Origin: a virus
Lineage: Duplodnaviria; Caudoviricetes
DNA: 35,106 nt
IMG/VR virus record: IMGVR_UViG_3300027278_000024
Location: 1 to 35,106 of that record
Reading direction: 5' to 3' (one strand)
Shown here in pieces: positions 8,654 through 18,177 of this stretch. The position numbers were made by a program, and so were the translations under genes. The notes beneath the pieces were generated by a model, which saw nothing but the letters and a program-made list of their open reading frames with translations, did not search any database and was not told the DNA's origin. Each line of letters starts with the position of its first letter. Position 1 is the first letter of the stretch.

Positions 8654-9991
8654 ATGGATCAGCCGATGGAAAAGCCCGCAAGTGGCAAGGAGATGAAGAA
8701 GATGAGCATTCGTGAGATCACCGACGAGATCGGTCGTCTCTATGAGGGCATGAAGTCCCTCGTGGACGAGTCGCAGAAGGAAGGCGAGCCTCTCGCGCAG
8801 GAGAAGGAAGAGCAGTACAGCCGCATGAATGGCCGTCTGACCGACCTCATCAAGATGCGCGATCAGCACTACCGCCTGCTCGACGCTCAGGCTGCGGCCA
8901 CTCGCTCGATGGATCGCAAGGTTGAGGATGCGAGCCGCGCTCGTGACCTGACCGCGAAGCAGAGCGACAATCTCCGCAACTTCACTGGCAGTGAGGAGTA
9001 TCGCAGCGCGTTCTCGAAGTACCTGCGCGTTGGTGCTAACGAACTGACCATTGACGAGCAGCGCGCCATGAGCGAAGGAACCGACTCCGCTGGTGGGTAT
9101 CTGCCCGCTACCGAGTTCCTCTCGACTCTGATCGAGCAGCGTTGGCAGGCCAATGCGATGCGTCAGGTCGCGAATGTCATTCCGCTGGGCACTTTCAACA
9201 CCGAAGTGGTGTATGAGAGCGCGTTCGCAACTGCCGCGTACTCGAACGAGGCCGCTGACTTCTCCAGCAGCGAGAGCAACGGAACCTTCGCCAAGTTGAC
9301 TCTGAAGCCGTACACCCTGCGCGTGTTCACGAAGGTGAGCAACGAACTGCTGGCGGACGCTCCGAGCCGTGGCCCGTCGTTCAATGTCGAGAGCATCATC
9401 GCCCGTCAGTTCGGTCGCGTGATGGGCGAGAAGGAAGAGGCGGCGTTCCTGACGGGCAGCGGCAGCGCACAGCCCAAGGGCATTCTGTCCTACACCTCCG
9501 GCACTGGAACGACGATCAGTCCTGTGACCGCATCCGCTACGACGAGCGTCACGATTCTGGAACTGGCTCAGGTGGTCGCTGCGCTTCCTCGCAAGTATCG
9601 TGCGAATGCGAAGTGGGTGATGAACGACGCGACCTTCTGGAAGATCCGTCAGTTGCTCCAGACGCAGAGTGGCACGAATGTGGGCATCTCCTACGCGCCG
9701 TTCGCATGGAGCCTTGGCGATGGTCGTCTTCAGGACGGCGAGCCGGATCGTCTGCTGGGCTACCCGGTCGTGTGCGCCAACGGCGGCAACTCGGTCGCGG
9801 CTGGCAACATCGTGGCAGCGTTCGGTGACTTCAACTACTTCCACATCGGCGAGCGTGAAGGCGTGTCGATCAAGACCGCTCGCGAGGCGTTCCTCGCGAA
9901 CAACCAGACGGGCTACTTTGGCTTCGCCCGTCACGACTCGCAGGCTTCGGTGCTGGATGCGTTCCGCTACCTGAAGATGGCCGCTTCGTGA
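8654..9991 (+). CDS. Major capsid protein, HK97 family, with N-terminal delta (scaffold) domain
   Basis: GAGGAG RBS, coiled-coil N-terminus, EQR-AMSEGTDSAGGYLP junction, VSNELLAD, FLTGSGSAQPKGI, LLGYPV, FGDF. Confidence 0.96.
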   Translation: MDQPMEKPASGKEMKKMSIREITDEIGRLYEGMKSLVDESQKEGEPLAQEKEEQYSRMNGRLTDLIKMRDQHYRLLDAQAAATRSMDRKVEDASRARDLTAKQSDNLRNFTGSEEYRSAFSKYLRVGANELTIDEQRAMSEGTDSAGGYLPATEFLSTLIEQRWQANAMRQVANVIPLGTFNTEVVYESAFATAAYSNEAADFSSSESNGTFAKLTLKPYTLRVFTKVSNELLADAPSRGPSFNVESIIARQFGRVMGEKEEAAFLTGSGSAQPKGILSYTSGTGTTISPVTASATTSVTILELAQVVAALPRKYRANAKWVMNDATFWKIRQLLQTQSGTNVGISYAPFAWSLGDGRLQDGEPDRLLGYPVVCANGGNSVAAGNIVAAFGDFNYFHIGEREGVSIKTAREAFLANNQTGYFGFARHDSQASVLDAFRYLKMAAS

Positions 9992-10011
9992 TGAATGACT
10001 GATCGCAACAT

Positions 10012-10045
10012 GGGGCACGCGGAGCGAACCTCCGCGTGCCCCTTT
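10012..10045 (+). terminator. Intrinsic terminator after the capsid gene
   Basis: 13-bp stem ggggcacgcggag/ctccgcgtgcccc followed by ttt (short U tract). Confidence 0.7.
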
Positions 10046-10060
10046 CACTAGGAGCACGCT

Positions 10061-10288
10061 ATGAAGGTCAAGATCCTGAACACCGTCATGGACACTGAGA
10101 CGCGTGCCATCTTTGTTGGCACGCAGATCTACACGCTCGACGACGCGCTCGCTGCTCGACTGATCGCAACTGGAGACGCGGAGGCATTCGTGGAGGAGCA
10201 CGCAAGTGCTGATACCACGACGGACTTGAGTGCGGCTGTCAAGAAGGAGAGGAAGACATGCGCCCGTACCCGACGACTCGATCAGTAG
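10061..10288 (+). CDS. Small head-module protein, unknown function
   Basis: AGGAG RBS; lies between the MCP and head-tail connector genes. Confidence 0.75.
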   Translation: MKVKILNTVMDTETRAIFVGTQIYTLDDALAARLIATGDAEAFVEEHASADTTTDLSAAVKKERKTCARTRRLDQ

Positions 10289-10863
10289 AGTCTGCCGCTC
10301 CAGTCACGGAGCCAATCACGCTTGCTGAGGCCAAGTTGCATTGCCGCGTTGACGCGTCCGACGATGACACGCTGCTGACTCGGCTCATCACCGTTGCGCG
10401 CCAGTACGCGGAGCGCGCAACTGGCAGAGCGTTTGCGTCGCGGGCATTCACCATGACGATGACATCGTTCCCGCCAAGCGGCGGAGACATCGTTCTTCCG
10501 GCGGCTCCGCTCACCGCAGTCGCGAGCGTTGCCTATTACAACTCGGCAGGATCTCTGGTGACGATGGTCGTCGGTACGGATTATCGAGTCTCTGTGAATC
10601 CGATCCCCGGGCGCATTCGCTTGCCAGTTGCGACGAGCGTGAACGGCGGAGTGTGGCCGGAGACAGCCGCAGTCGATGACGCTGTGCAGATCTCGTACAC
10701 GGCTGGAGCGTCTGTCGAGACAGCCAAGCACGCCATGCTCCTGCTGATCGGACACTGGTACGAGAACCGAGAAGAGGTCGTCGGTGGTGAGACTGGATCT
10801 CAGATCGAGTTGGCCGCCAGAGCACTTCTGGGCCAGTTGCGATCTCGCGAGGTCATGCCGTGA
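10258..10863 (+). CDS. Head-tail connector (gp6-like / phiE125 gp8 type)
   Basis: EPITLAEAKLHCRVD and AMLLLIGHWYENRE motifs. Confidence 0.93.
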   Translation: MRPYPTTRSVESAAPVTEPITLAEAKLHCRVDASDDDTLLTRLITVARQYAERATGRAFASRAFTMTMTSFPPSGGDIVLPAAPLTAVASVAYYNSAGSLVTMVVGTDYRVSVNPIPGRIRLPVATSVNGGVWPETAAVDDAVQISYTAGASVETAKHAMLLLIGHWYENREEVVGGETGSQIELAARALLGQLRSREVMP

Positions 10864-11189
10864 ACGGAACTCCCGGGATCGGTGAACTGAGAGATCGGGT
10901 CACATTCAGCAGTCCAAGCAGCACGCTTGATGACTTCGGACAGCAGGTGGAAGCGTTCTCGAACAGCGTCACGGTCTGGGCCAATGTGAAGCAGCGAGAG
11001 GTGACGGAGACTCAGGTCGCCGAAGGTACGGTCGCGAACGCCCGTCTTGAGATCATCATTCGGGCACTCGTTGGACTGACGACTCGATCGAAGGTTCTGT
11101 ACATGGGCAACTTGCACAATGTGACCGCGATCACCCACACGGACATCTACAGGACTCACCTGCGCGTGCTTGCCGAAAGGCGGGTGTGA
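10860..11189 (+). CDS. Head closure / head-tail adaptor (SPP1 gp16-like)
   Basis: GELRDRVTF...DDFGQ...VWANVK pattern and synteny. Confidence 0.88.
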   Translation: MNGTPGIGELRDRVTFSSPSSTLDDFGQQVEAFSNSVTVWANVKQREVTETQVAEGTVANARLEIIIRALVGLTTRSKVLYMGNLHNVTAITHTDIYRTHLRVLAERRV

Positions 11190-11746
11190 TGAAGAACAGG
11201 ATCTCTGTTGGTCGCTTGCGAGCGCGCGAGCAGGTCAAGGTGTACGGGCTTGCTGAACTCGAAGAGAAGATGAAAGACCTCGCACCGCGCGTGCACCAGA
11301 AGATCTTCAAGAGGGCTGTGAGGCCGTCTCTTGAAGGAATGATGGCCGCTGCGAAGATCAATGTGATGGCCGTTCCGGTGCTTCACCCGGAGCACAAGGT
11401 TCGCAAGGCGATTGCTGGCAAGATTCAGATCAGGATGAAGGGTGCTGTCGGGTCTCGATACAAGACCATCGGATCGCTGGCCGTGTTCTACGGAAAGAGC
11501 GCGACTGGTCGCGCGAAGAGGTTGAACTCTGACAGCCTGCGCGCAACGCTGGCTCACCTGATCGAGTTCGGATTCAACCTCACTCACTACTTCGGTCGCT
11601 TCAGGCCGACGCTGGGATTGAAGGTGAAGAAGATCCTCCCGAGGCCGTTCATGCGGCCAGCGTTCGAGGACAATAAGAGCGCGGCGGAGGCGACCTTTCT
11701 GCGTGAGATTCACGCGGCGATTGAAGAGGAGGATGTCAAGGGATGA
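11189..11746 (+). CDS. HK97 gp10-like neck/tail completion protein
   Basis: GLAELEEKMK, AHLIEFG and PRPFMRPAF motifs. Confidence 0.88.
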   Translation: MKNRISVGRLRAREQVKVYGLAELEEKMKDLAPRVHQKIFKRAVRPSLEGMMAAAKINVMAVPVLHPEHKVRKAIAGKIQIRMKGAVGSRYKTIGSLAVFYGKSATGRAKRLNSDSLRATLAHLIEFGFNLTHYFGRFRPTLGLKVKKILPRPFMRPAFEDNKSAAEATFLREIHAAIEEEDVKG

Positions 11747-12153
11747 CACTGATCTCTAAGGCTGTCAGGGCTGTGCTCGCTGGCAACACGGCTGTCGCCA
11801 GCGTGGTTTCTACGCGGATCTCTCCAGAGGCGCGCCAGCAGGGTGATGCGCTTCCGTGCATCATTTATGCAATCAGCGAGGACGAGAGTGCTCCGACGCT
11901 CTCTGGCTCTGGCGGATTCCGCAAGGCTCAGATCGAGGTCATGGCTGTTGCGGACTCGGCTGCGACCGCTGCGGATGTACACGAGAAGGCTCGTACTGCC
12001 TTGCACAAGTTCGTTGGAACCAGCGGTGGCGTTGCCGTGATGCACTCTCTACATTTGCGGAGCGTGACGAGTTACCAGTCGCCACAGGCGGGTGAAACTG
12101 CGGGAGCGTTCCTGCACACGGGCATCTACTCGATCATGTACTCGGAGACCTGA
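11743..12153 (+). CDS. Tail terminator (DUF3168-like)
   Basis: V..RI.P...Q...LPCIIY..IS pattern; lies just before the tail tube genes. Confidence 0.8.
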   Translation: MTLISKAVRAVLAGNTAVASVVSTRISPEARQQGDALPCIIYAISEDESAPTLSGSGGFRKAQIEVMAVADSAATAADVHEKARTALHKFVGTSGGVAVMHSLHLRSVTSYQSPQAGETAGAFLHTGIYSIMYSET

Positions 12154-12157
12154 ACCA

Positions 12158-12538
12158 ATGGCCGTATCTAGTCAAGGAATCACTCTCAGCACGGGCACGC
12201 TCGTCGGCGAGATCACTGCGATCTCCTTCAGTGGTGTCTCGGTCGCGGAGATTGATGTGACCTCAATCAGCGACACTGTGAAGAAGTATGTCACGGGCAC
12301 TCTCGATGGAGGTACGGTGGAAATCACCGCCAACTTCACGACTGCTCCGACGATGCCTTCGCAGGGCGCGGAAACTCCGTCATCGTTTGGTATCACCATC
12401 CCGACCACTACGCCAACCGTGCTTTCGATCACGGCGTTTGTCGTCGGCATGTCGATCGACGCGTCCGTCGATCAGCAGGTCGTCGTCAAGTACACCCTCC
12501 GCATCTCGAACAGCGTGCTCGGCACGACCAACGCCTAA
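12158..12538 (+). CDS. Tail tube protein, paralogue 1 (126 aa)
   Basis: EIDVT..D..KKYVTG..DGGTV motif typical of siphophage tube proteins. Confidence 0.85.
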   Translation: MAVSSQGITLSTGTLVGEITAISFSGVSVAEIDVTSISDTVKKYVTGTLDGGTVEITANFTTAPTMPSQGAETPSSFGITIPTTTPTVLSITAFVVGMSIDASVDQQVVVKYTLRISNSVLGTTNA

Positions 12539-12550
12539 AGGAGAACCGAC

Positions 12551-12931
12551 ATGGCTCTTTCTAGTCAAGGAACACTCTTTACGACTGGTGGTGTGGTTGG
12601 TGAAGTCACCGCCATCTCCGTCAGTGGCGTGTCGGTCGCGGAGATTGATGTCACCGCGCTCGCTGATACGGTCAAGAAGTATGTGACCGGAACTCTCGAC
12701 GGCGGTACGGTGGAGATCACCGCAAACTTCACTGCGGCTCCAACTATGCCTCAGCATGGTGCTGAAACTCCGTCGCAGTTCACGATCACATGGGGCGGAA
12801 GTGTCGCTCAGACCTTCTATGCCTTCATCGTCGGCATGTCGATCGACGCATCTGTCGATCAGCAGGTCGTCGTCAAGTACACACTGCGAGTCAGTCATCA
12901 GATCATGGGAGTCGGCTCCGCACCCGCGTGA
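12551..12931 (+). CDS. Tail tube protein, paralogue 2 (126 aa)
   Basis: AAGGAG RBS; close paralogue of 12158-12538. Confidence 0.85.
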   Translation: MALSSQGTLFTTGGVVGEVTAISVSGVSVAEIDVTALADTVKKYVTGTLDGGTVEITANFTAAPTMPQHGAETPSQFTITWGGSVAQTFYAFIVGMSIDASVDQQVVVKYTLRVSHQIMGVGSAPA

Positions 12932-12993
12932 GGGGGTGGCGGGGGCGGCATCCCCGGAGAAGGAAGCGACTGACTCTGGGTATTGATCCCCGG

Positions 12994-13029
12994 AAGGACG
13001 GCGGAGGGCTTCGGCCCTCCGCTGTCTTT
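12994..13029 (+). terminator. cUUCGg hairpin, probable terminator/attenuator after the tube genes
   Basis: aaggacggcggagggc-ttcg-gccctccgctgtcttt. Confidence 0.6.
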
Positions 13030-13060
13030 GATAGAGTTCCGCACTAAGGAGACACTGCAC

Positions 13061-13417
13061 ATGAACATCAAGGAACAGATCCTCGCGCTCAAGAATCGTC
13101 TGACGATCGAGTCCGTGCCCGTTGAGGGACTGGCTGATCCGATCTATGTCCGCACTCTGACTGGCCGCGAGCGCGACGGCTTCGAGTCGTCATGCTTTGT
13201 TCAGAAGGGCAAGAATCGCACGCTCTCTACCGAGAACATCCGGTCGAAACTGCTTGTGCGCGCCATCTGCGACAAGGAAGGCACGCGCGTGTTTGGAGAC
13301 GACGACATCGACGCTCTGGGTCTTCTCCCGGCGGATGTGCTCGACAGCCTCTTCACCGTCGCGCAGCGGCTCTCTGGCCTCTCGTCGAACGATGTCGAGG
13401 AGATGGCGGGAAACTGA
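13061..13417 (+). CDS. Tail assembly chaperone (gpG-like)
   Basis: AAGGAG RBS, ATG at 13061, VRTLTGRERD and AICDKEG.RVF; located between tube and tape measure genes. Confidence 0.88.
   Translation: MNIKEQILALKNRLTIESVPVEGLADPIYVRTLTGRERDGFESSCFVQKGKNRTLSTENIRSKLLVRAICDKEGTRVFGDDDIDALGLLPADVLDSLFTVAQRLSGLSSNDVEEMAGN
13408..13414 (+). other. -1 programmed ribosomal frameshift slippery site G GGA AAC
   Basis: X XXY YYZ heptamer in register immediately before the TGA; the -1 frame stays open to 13764. Confidence 0.85.
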
Positions 13418-13764
13418 GGAAGGGCGGCGCGAGACGCTTCCTCATGCGTCTCGCGCTGGCCCTGAGCAGGACGGTTGGAGAACTGCTCGACACGATGGAT
13501 TCCGAGGAGATCTCGTGGTGGATCGCCTTCGATTCTGTTGATCCAATCGGAGCATGGCGAACGGACTACTCCGTCGCGATGCTCTGCGCGCTGCAAGCGA
13601 ACTCGAATCGCGGTCGCGGACAGAAGCCGCTGACCGTGAATGACTTCATGCCGTTCCTCCCGGTGGATGAAGACAAGAAGTTGCAGGACGGATTGGAAGC
13701 ACTGATGGCGATGGTCGCGTCAAAGCAGCAGAATGCTGCAAAGACCGATCCTCCCATCACCTGA
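13408..13764 (+). CDS. Frameshift extension of the tail chaperone (gpGT-like)
   Basis: -1 frame reads GKLRKGGARRFLMRLALALSRTVGELLDTMDSEEISWWIAF..., the usual gpT-type segment. Confidence 0.82.
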   Translation, partial: GKLRKGGARRFLMRLALALSRTVGELLDTMDSEEISWWIAFDSVDPIGAWRTDYSVAMLCALQANSNRGRGQKPLTVNDFMPFLPVDEDKKLQDGLEALMAMVASKQQNAAKTDPPIT

Positions 13765-13772
13765 GACAACGC

Positions 13773-16700
13773 ATGGCAACGATTGGAAATCTCTTCGTCA
13801 ATGTCGGAGCCTCGACCGAGGGGCTTGAACGCGGCATGCAGCGCGCGAAGAGTTCTGTGAAGTCGTTCCACAGCGAGGTGATGGGTGCGCTCTCGAAGGT
13901 TCCCGGCGCGGATGCTGTTCTGGGGCCGCTTTCGAGCATCATCTCGCTCGTCGAGAAGGCCACGCAGCGTGTCGAAACGATGTCGAAGACGATGAAGTCC
14001 GCGTCTGAGATGCAAGACAAACTGACCAAGGCAACAGAGAAGGCCACAAAGGCTCAGGGTGATCTGAACGCTGGTGCGAAGTACACGCGGATGCTTTTTC
14101 AGAAGCAGGACATCGAGGGAACGATGTCTCGCATGCAGGCGAAACTCTCCGTCGCCGCAGACGAGTACAGGAAGGCGCAGCAGGCCGTAGGCAAGGCGAA
14201 GACTGACAGTGGTGTCGCAGCAGCGTTGCAGCGCGAGCAGGCTGCTCTCGGCAAGTTGAACGGAATGATGCGCGAGCGCGCTCGTCTTGAGGGCGAGCAC
14301 AGGTCGATGTCATCGAAGGTCGGGCGAGCCGGAGCGGTGCTTGAGAGCCGTGGGGTCAAGATCGGTGCTGACGGCGGCATCGACATGAAGAAACTGACCG
14401 ACAGGGCTGCGAAGGCTCACTCCGCCGTTGCTGGACTAAAGGACAAGATCAAGACTGCGGTCTCGACGGTGAAGGAGTTCGCTGGAATCTCCGTGACGAG
14501 CGGGCTTGGTCTCGGCATTCTTGCTGGCGGAGCGATTGCGGCTGTTGGCGCAATGATCGCGCTCACTGTGTCCTCGGCGAAGGCTGCGGAGGAACTGAAG
14601 AATCAGGCTGTCGCTCTCGGAGTGACAGCCACGCGCTTGCAGGCACTTCGAGACACCTACGGAAACTTGGGCATCGCATCTGGTCTTGCAGAGAACACGA
14701 TGCAGCGGTTCGCTATCGCGGTCGGAGAGGCTGCGGAAGGTGGCAAGGAAGCACAGGACAAGTTCGCTCGCATCGGTCTTGACTCGACAGCCCTTGCAGC
14801 GATGGATTCAGCCGACGCTTTTGACACGGTGATCCAGCGCATTCGCCAGATGGGAACTCAGGCAGAGAAGATGAAGACGCTGCGCGATCTCTTTGGTCGC
14901 GGCGGCACTGGCCTTGCGGCGGCTGTCAACGCGACTGCGGAAGAGTTCTCGAAGGCTCAGGCGACGGCGAAGAAACTTGAGTTGCCAAACACCATGTACA
15001 TGGAGTTGGCTGCGACATCTGGACGCGTAACGGAACTCGGTAGGGCGTTCGAGAATGTGATGACCATGCTTGCGAGCGCGTTCGCCCCGGTGGTTGATCT
15101 CATCACTGAAAGCCTGACTGACATGATGACGCAAGACACCGACAGTCTGATGCAGGGTATGCAGACTATCGCTCTTGTCATGGCTGCGATCTACGATGTG
15201 ATCGCGATGGCGGTCAATCGCCTTCGTCAGTTCTGGAACTACGCACAGGCGATTGGTGGCGTGCTCGTTGCGCTTGGAAGCATCGTTGTCGCCGCCTTCC
15301 TGAAGCCGATCGAGTCGATTGTTTACGCGATCGAGTGGCTGACTGGTGCGACGCACAACATATCGCAGACGATCGGAGATGCCGCCACAACTGCGTTCAA
15401 CATGACCGTCGAGGCGGCGAAGGCTGCTGGCGCAGATGCAATGGAGGGATATCAGGCTGGTGTGGACGCGGTGAACTTCGACGGAACGAAGGCCGTTTGG
15501 GAGAACATGAACAAGGCGGACAGTGCTGCGAAGGGAGCAGCGCGCTCGATGGTCGCAATCGCTGGAGCCGCAGAGATCGACCGCAAGAAGGTGGAAGCAC
15601 TGACGAAGCAGATGGAGGATCTGCGAGAGAAGGCTGCTACGGCTGGCATGACCGAGGAGCAGAAGACCACGCATGGCCTGATGAAGACTGGCGCGAACAG
15701 CATTGAAACTGGGAAGGCAATCGCAGAGGCGCGTCAACTGTTGACGACGATCAAGGTGGCCGAGTTGCAGGCCAAGATGAAGGACGATCTGAAGGACGCG
15801 CTCGAAGAGCAGTACAAACTGACAGAGACTGCGGACGCATACGCGTACAACACGGCTCGCGCCGCTGGATCGTCTGAGGAGATCGCCGACATGCTCGGCA
15901 AGCAGGCGGCTCAGGCCGAGGCGATCCGAAAGCAGAACGACGCTCTCAAGGAGACGCGTTCGATCATGGAAGACTTGCAGCGCAGCACGGATGAGGCACT
16001 GATGAGCGACGACGAGCGGCTCATCAAGAAGTTGCAGATGAACAACGCTGACGCTGACACGATCAAGAAGGCGCAGAGTCTGCTTGCGCTGAAGTCGAGC
16101 CGAGAGGCTACGAAGTCCGCGCTCGCCGACTGGGGTTCCTTCACGAAGGGTCTGTCCGATTCGATGGCCGAGGCAACATCGTCTCGGGAAGAACAGATTC
16201 GACGCATGGCCGCTGCGGCTGGGAAACTGGGCAAAGATCTGGATGATGCCGTCGCCAACGCTATGCAGATGGAGTCTGCGATTGCGGCTGCGAAGAAGGC
16301 TGATGAAGACCGCAAGGGCGCGGTTGAAACGCTCAAGAATCTTCAGGACGAGGTTCGCAAGAAGCAGATTGGTGCAGACGCGTTCGAGCGCGAGAAGTTT
16401 GCTGCGGCAGTCGGAAACGACGCGGCGATGCTCAAGCAGTACGACGCGCTCAAGGCACAACTTGGTGGTACGGACGCGAAGGATCCAGCGCAGGGAATCG
16501 TGAACTCGATTGACACTGCATTCGGTCAGATGAGCATCGGTCAGGACACGAGCGGAAAGATCCTCGACCAGAATGTCCAGCAGACTGAACTGCTGAAGCG
16601 GATCGCTGGCAAGGAGGTTGCGCCGGGAACCCTAATCGACGACACTGCGCTCCAGTCTGGAGCGATGGCATCGACCGGAATCGTTGGTAAGGCTGGGGGG

Positions 16701-16793
16701 GCAACTGGATCATCTGATCTACTCGCCACTTCCAACCAGTACCTGTCACAGATCGAACGAAACACGCGAGCGTTTGCGGGAGTCCTTTCATAA
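13773..16793 (+). CDS. Tape measure protein
   Basis: 1006 aa, Ala/Lys-rich helical composition, MATIGNLFVNVGA N-terminus, hydrophobic segments, synteny. Confidence 0.93.
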   Translation: MATIGNLFVNVGASTEGLERGMQRAKSSVKSFHSEVMGALSKVPGADAVLGPLSSIISLVEKATQRVETMSKTMKSASEMQDKLTKATEKATKAQGDLNAGAKYTRMLFQKQDIEGTMSRMQAKLSVAADEYRKAQQAVGKAKTDSGVAAALQREQAALGKLNGMMRERARLEGEHRSMSSKVGRAGAVLESRGVKIGADGGIDMKKLTDRAAKAHSAVAGLKDKIKTAVSTVKEFAGISVTSGLGLGILAGGAIAAVGAMIALTVSSAKAAEELKNQAVALGVTATRLQALRDTYGNLGIASGLAENTMQRFAIAVGEAAEGGKEAQDKFARIGLDSTALAAMDSADAFDTVIQRIRQMGTQAEKMKTLRDLFGRGGTGLAAAVNATAEEFSKAQATAKKLELPNTMYMELAATSGRVTELGRAFENVMTMLASAFAPVVDLITESLTDMMTQDTDSLMQGMQTIALVMAAIYDVIAMAVNRLRQFWNYAQAIGGVLVALGSIVVAAFLKPIESIVYAIEWLTGATHNISQTIGDAATTAFNMTVEAAKAAGADAMEGYQAGVDAVNFDGTKAVWENMNKADSAAKGAARSMVAIAGAAEIDRKKVEALTKQMEDLREKAATAGMTEEQKTTHGLMKTGANSIETGKAIAEARQLLTTIKVAELQAKMKDDLKDALEEQYKLTETADAYAYNTARAAGSSEEIADMLGKQAAQAEAIRKQNDALKETRSIMEDLQRSTDEALMSDDERLIKKLQMNNADADTIKKAQSLLALKSSREATKSALADWGSFTKGLSDSMAEATSSREEQIRRMAAAAGKLGKDLDDAVANAMQMESAIAAAKKADEDRKGAVETLKNLQDEVRKKQIGADAFEREKFAAAVGNDAAMLKQYDALKAQLGGTDAKDPAQGIVNSIDTAFGQMSIGQDTSGKILDQNVQQTELLKRIAGKEVAPGTLIDDTALQSGAMASTGIVGKAGGATGSSDLLATSNQYLSQIERNTRAFAGVLS

Positions 16794-17578
16794 TGGCTGC
16801 ACGGCTCATATCTCAGGACTGGGTGTACGGTGTGCAAGATGTCTCGATGACTGAGACATGGGTCGTTACGAATGTCACGACTGCTGCGGCTGCGGCTGCG
16901 GCTGTCGGATACACGCCCGGGAACACCGCTGCTGTGGTGCAAAGTCCGTACCACAGCATCAATGGCATTTGTCGATCGGTCTCAGTGAAGTCTGTTGCAG
17001 ACAGTGTTGGCAAGGTCTGGGAGGTCACTGCATCGTTCGGCACTGAGCAGTCTGAGTCTGCGTACACAGCCTTCAGCAGCGACATCAGTGGCGCGTATGT
17101 CGATGCGTGGAGGACGACGAGTATCCCATCTGGCGGTACTCCCACAGAAGACGACATTGGTGGCACGAAGATTGACTCCGCCGGAGAACCAGTGTCGCGG
17201 TTCATTTGGCAGACAAACATGCAGATCACCAGACGCTACGGCTCCTCTGGTATCTCTGCGGCAATGTCAAACGCTTGGTCTGGGCTTGGAAAGCGGAACA
17301 GCGGATCATTCGAGGGTGCTGCTGGAGGTCAGTTGCTATTCAAGGGCTTCAAGGTTCAGAGCATTGGCAAGTGCAGGTGGGAGATCGCATACGACTTCGT
17401 TGGAGACGAGTGGTATCACCTCCGGCAAGTTCCAAAGCGCGAGACAGATGGGCGCGTGCAACTCTCTAACAGCAGCGACAACCCGCAGGCTCTGTTGGTT
17501 CGCTGGTTTCAGCCGTTCACAGCCACTGCCAACTTCTCGGCTCTCGTTGGATCCGGCTACTCCGTCTGCTCGGACTGA
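16793..17578 (+). CDS. Putative tail-tip (distal tail-like) protein
   Basis: Immediately follows the tape measure gene (TAATG overlap), beta-rich; product inferred from position only. Confidence 0.6.
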   Translation: MAARLISQDWVYGVQDVSMTETWVVTNVTTAAAAAAAVGYTPGNTAAVVQSPYHSINGICRSVSVKSVADSVGKVWEVTASFGTEQSESAYTAFSSDISGAYVDAWRTTSIPSGGTPTEDDIGGTKIDSAGEPVSRFIWQTNMQITRRYGSSGISAAMSNAWSGLGKRNSGSFEGAAGGQLLFKGFKVQSIGKCRWEIAYDFVGDEWYHLRQVPKRETDGRVQLSNSSDNPQALLVRWFQPFTATANFSALVGSGYSVCSD

Positions 17579-17580
17579 AC

Positions 17581-18177
17581 ATGGGAATCAAGCCAGTCAT
17601 CGGCAAGGGTCTTGGCGCGCTCACTCCGGAAGTGTGGGCTGAAATCGTCAAGGCCATCTCATTTGCAAAATCGAACGCGACTCTCTCCATCTCAGATCAG
17701 ACTGGGCAGACTTCATTCCCTAGCCTGACTCTTGCGAAGATCACCGGATCGTCCGCGCTCGAAGGCTCTGGGCAGGGAGAACGAAGATGGAAGTATTCAT
17801 GGAAGCGCGTGGTTCTGCTTGGCTCACAGTCAACATGTACTGGTGAGGAGCCGGAAAATGGGCGCGTCGTTGGATCTCTCACGAACGGAACAACCGACCA
17901 GTCTCCATCGACTTGGGCAATCAATCTGTTCGAGATTGGAAACACTTCGATTCTTCGCGGCGGATACACGCATTCTTCTGAGAGCAACGACATCGTTGCA
18001 TCCAGTGGCTGGCGCACAGTAAAGGTTCCCGACGACACCATCGTTCCGATGATTCCTATGCGACTTGCACAGGGAAGACTTCAGTGGTGCTTCTGGTATC
18101 CCAACCCGGTGAGTGGAGCGTGCACCACAGCACTCGTCAACACCTATGACGGTGGCAACTTCTACGGAGTGACTTGA
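17581..18177 (+). CDS. Putative tail protein
   Basis: Tightly packed ORF in the tail module. Confidence 0.6.
   Translation: MGIKPVIGKGLGALTPEVWAEIVKAISFAKSNATLSISDQTGQTSFPSLTLAKITGSSALEGSGQGERRWKYSWKRVVLLGSQSTCTGEEPENGRVVGSLTNGTTDQSPSTWAINLFEIGNTSILRGGYTHSSESNDIVASSGWRTVKVPDDTIVPMIPMRLAQGRLQWCFWYPNPVSGACTTALVNTYDGGNFYGVT

Noticed and set aside
12158-12931. Tube-gene duplication as a DGR template/variable repeat pair
   Set aside because: Both copies are intact genes, the differences are not adenine-specific, and there is no reverse transcriptase in the window.
8591-16460. Long minus-strand ORFs (e.g. 8591-10201, 14808-16460)
   Set aside because: Antisense shadows of GC-biased + strand genes with no recognisable motifs.
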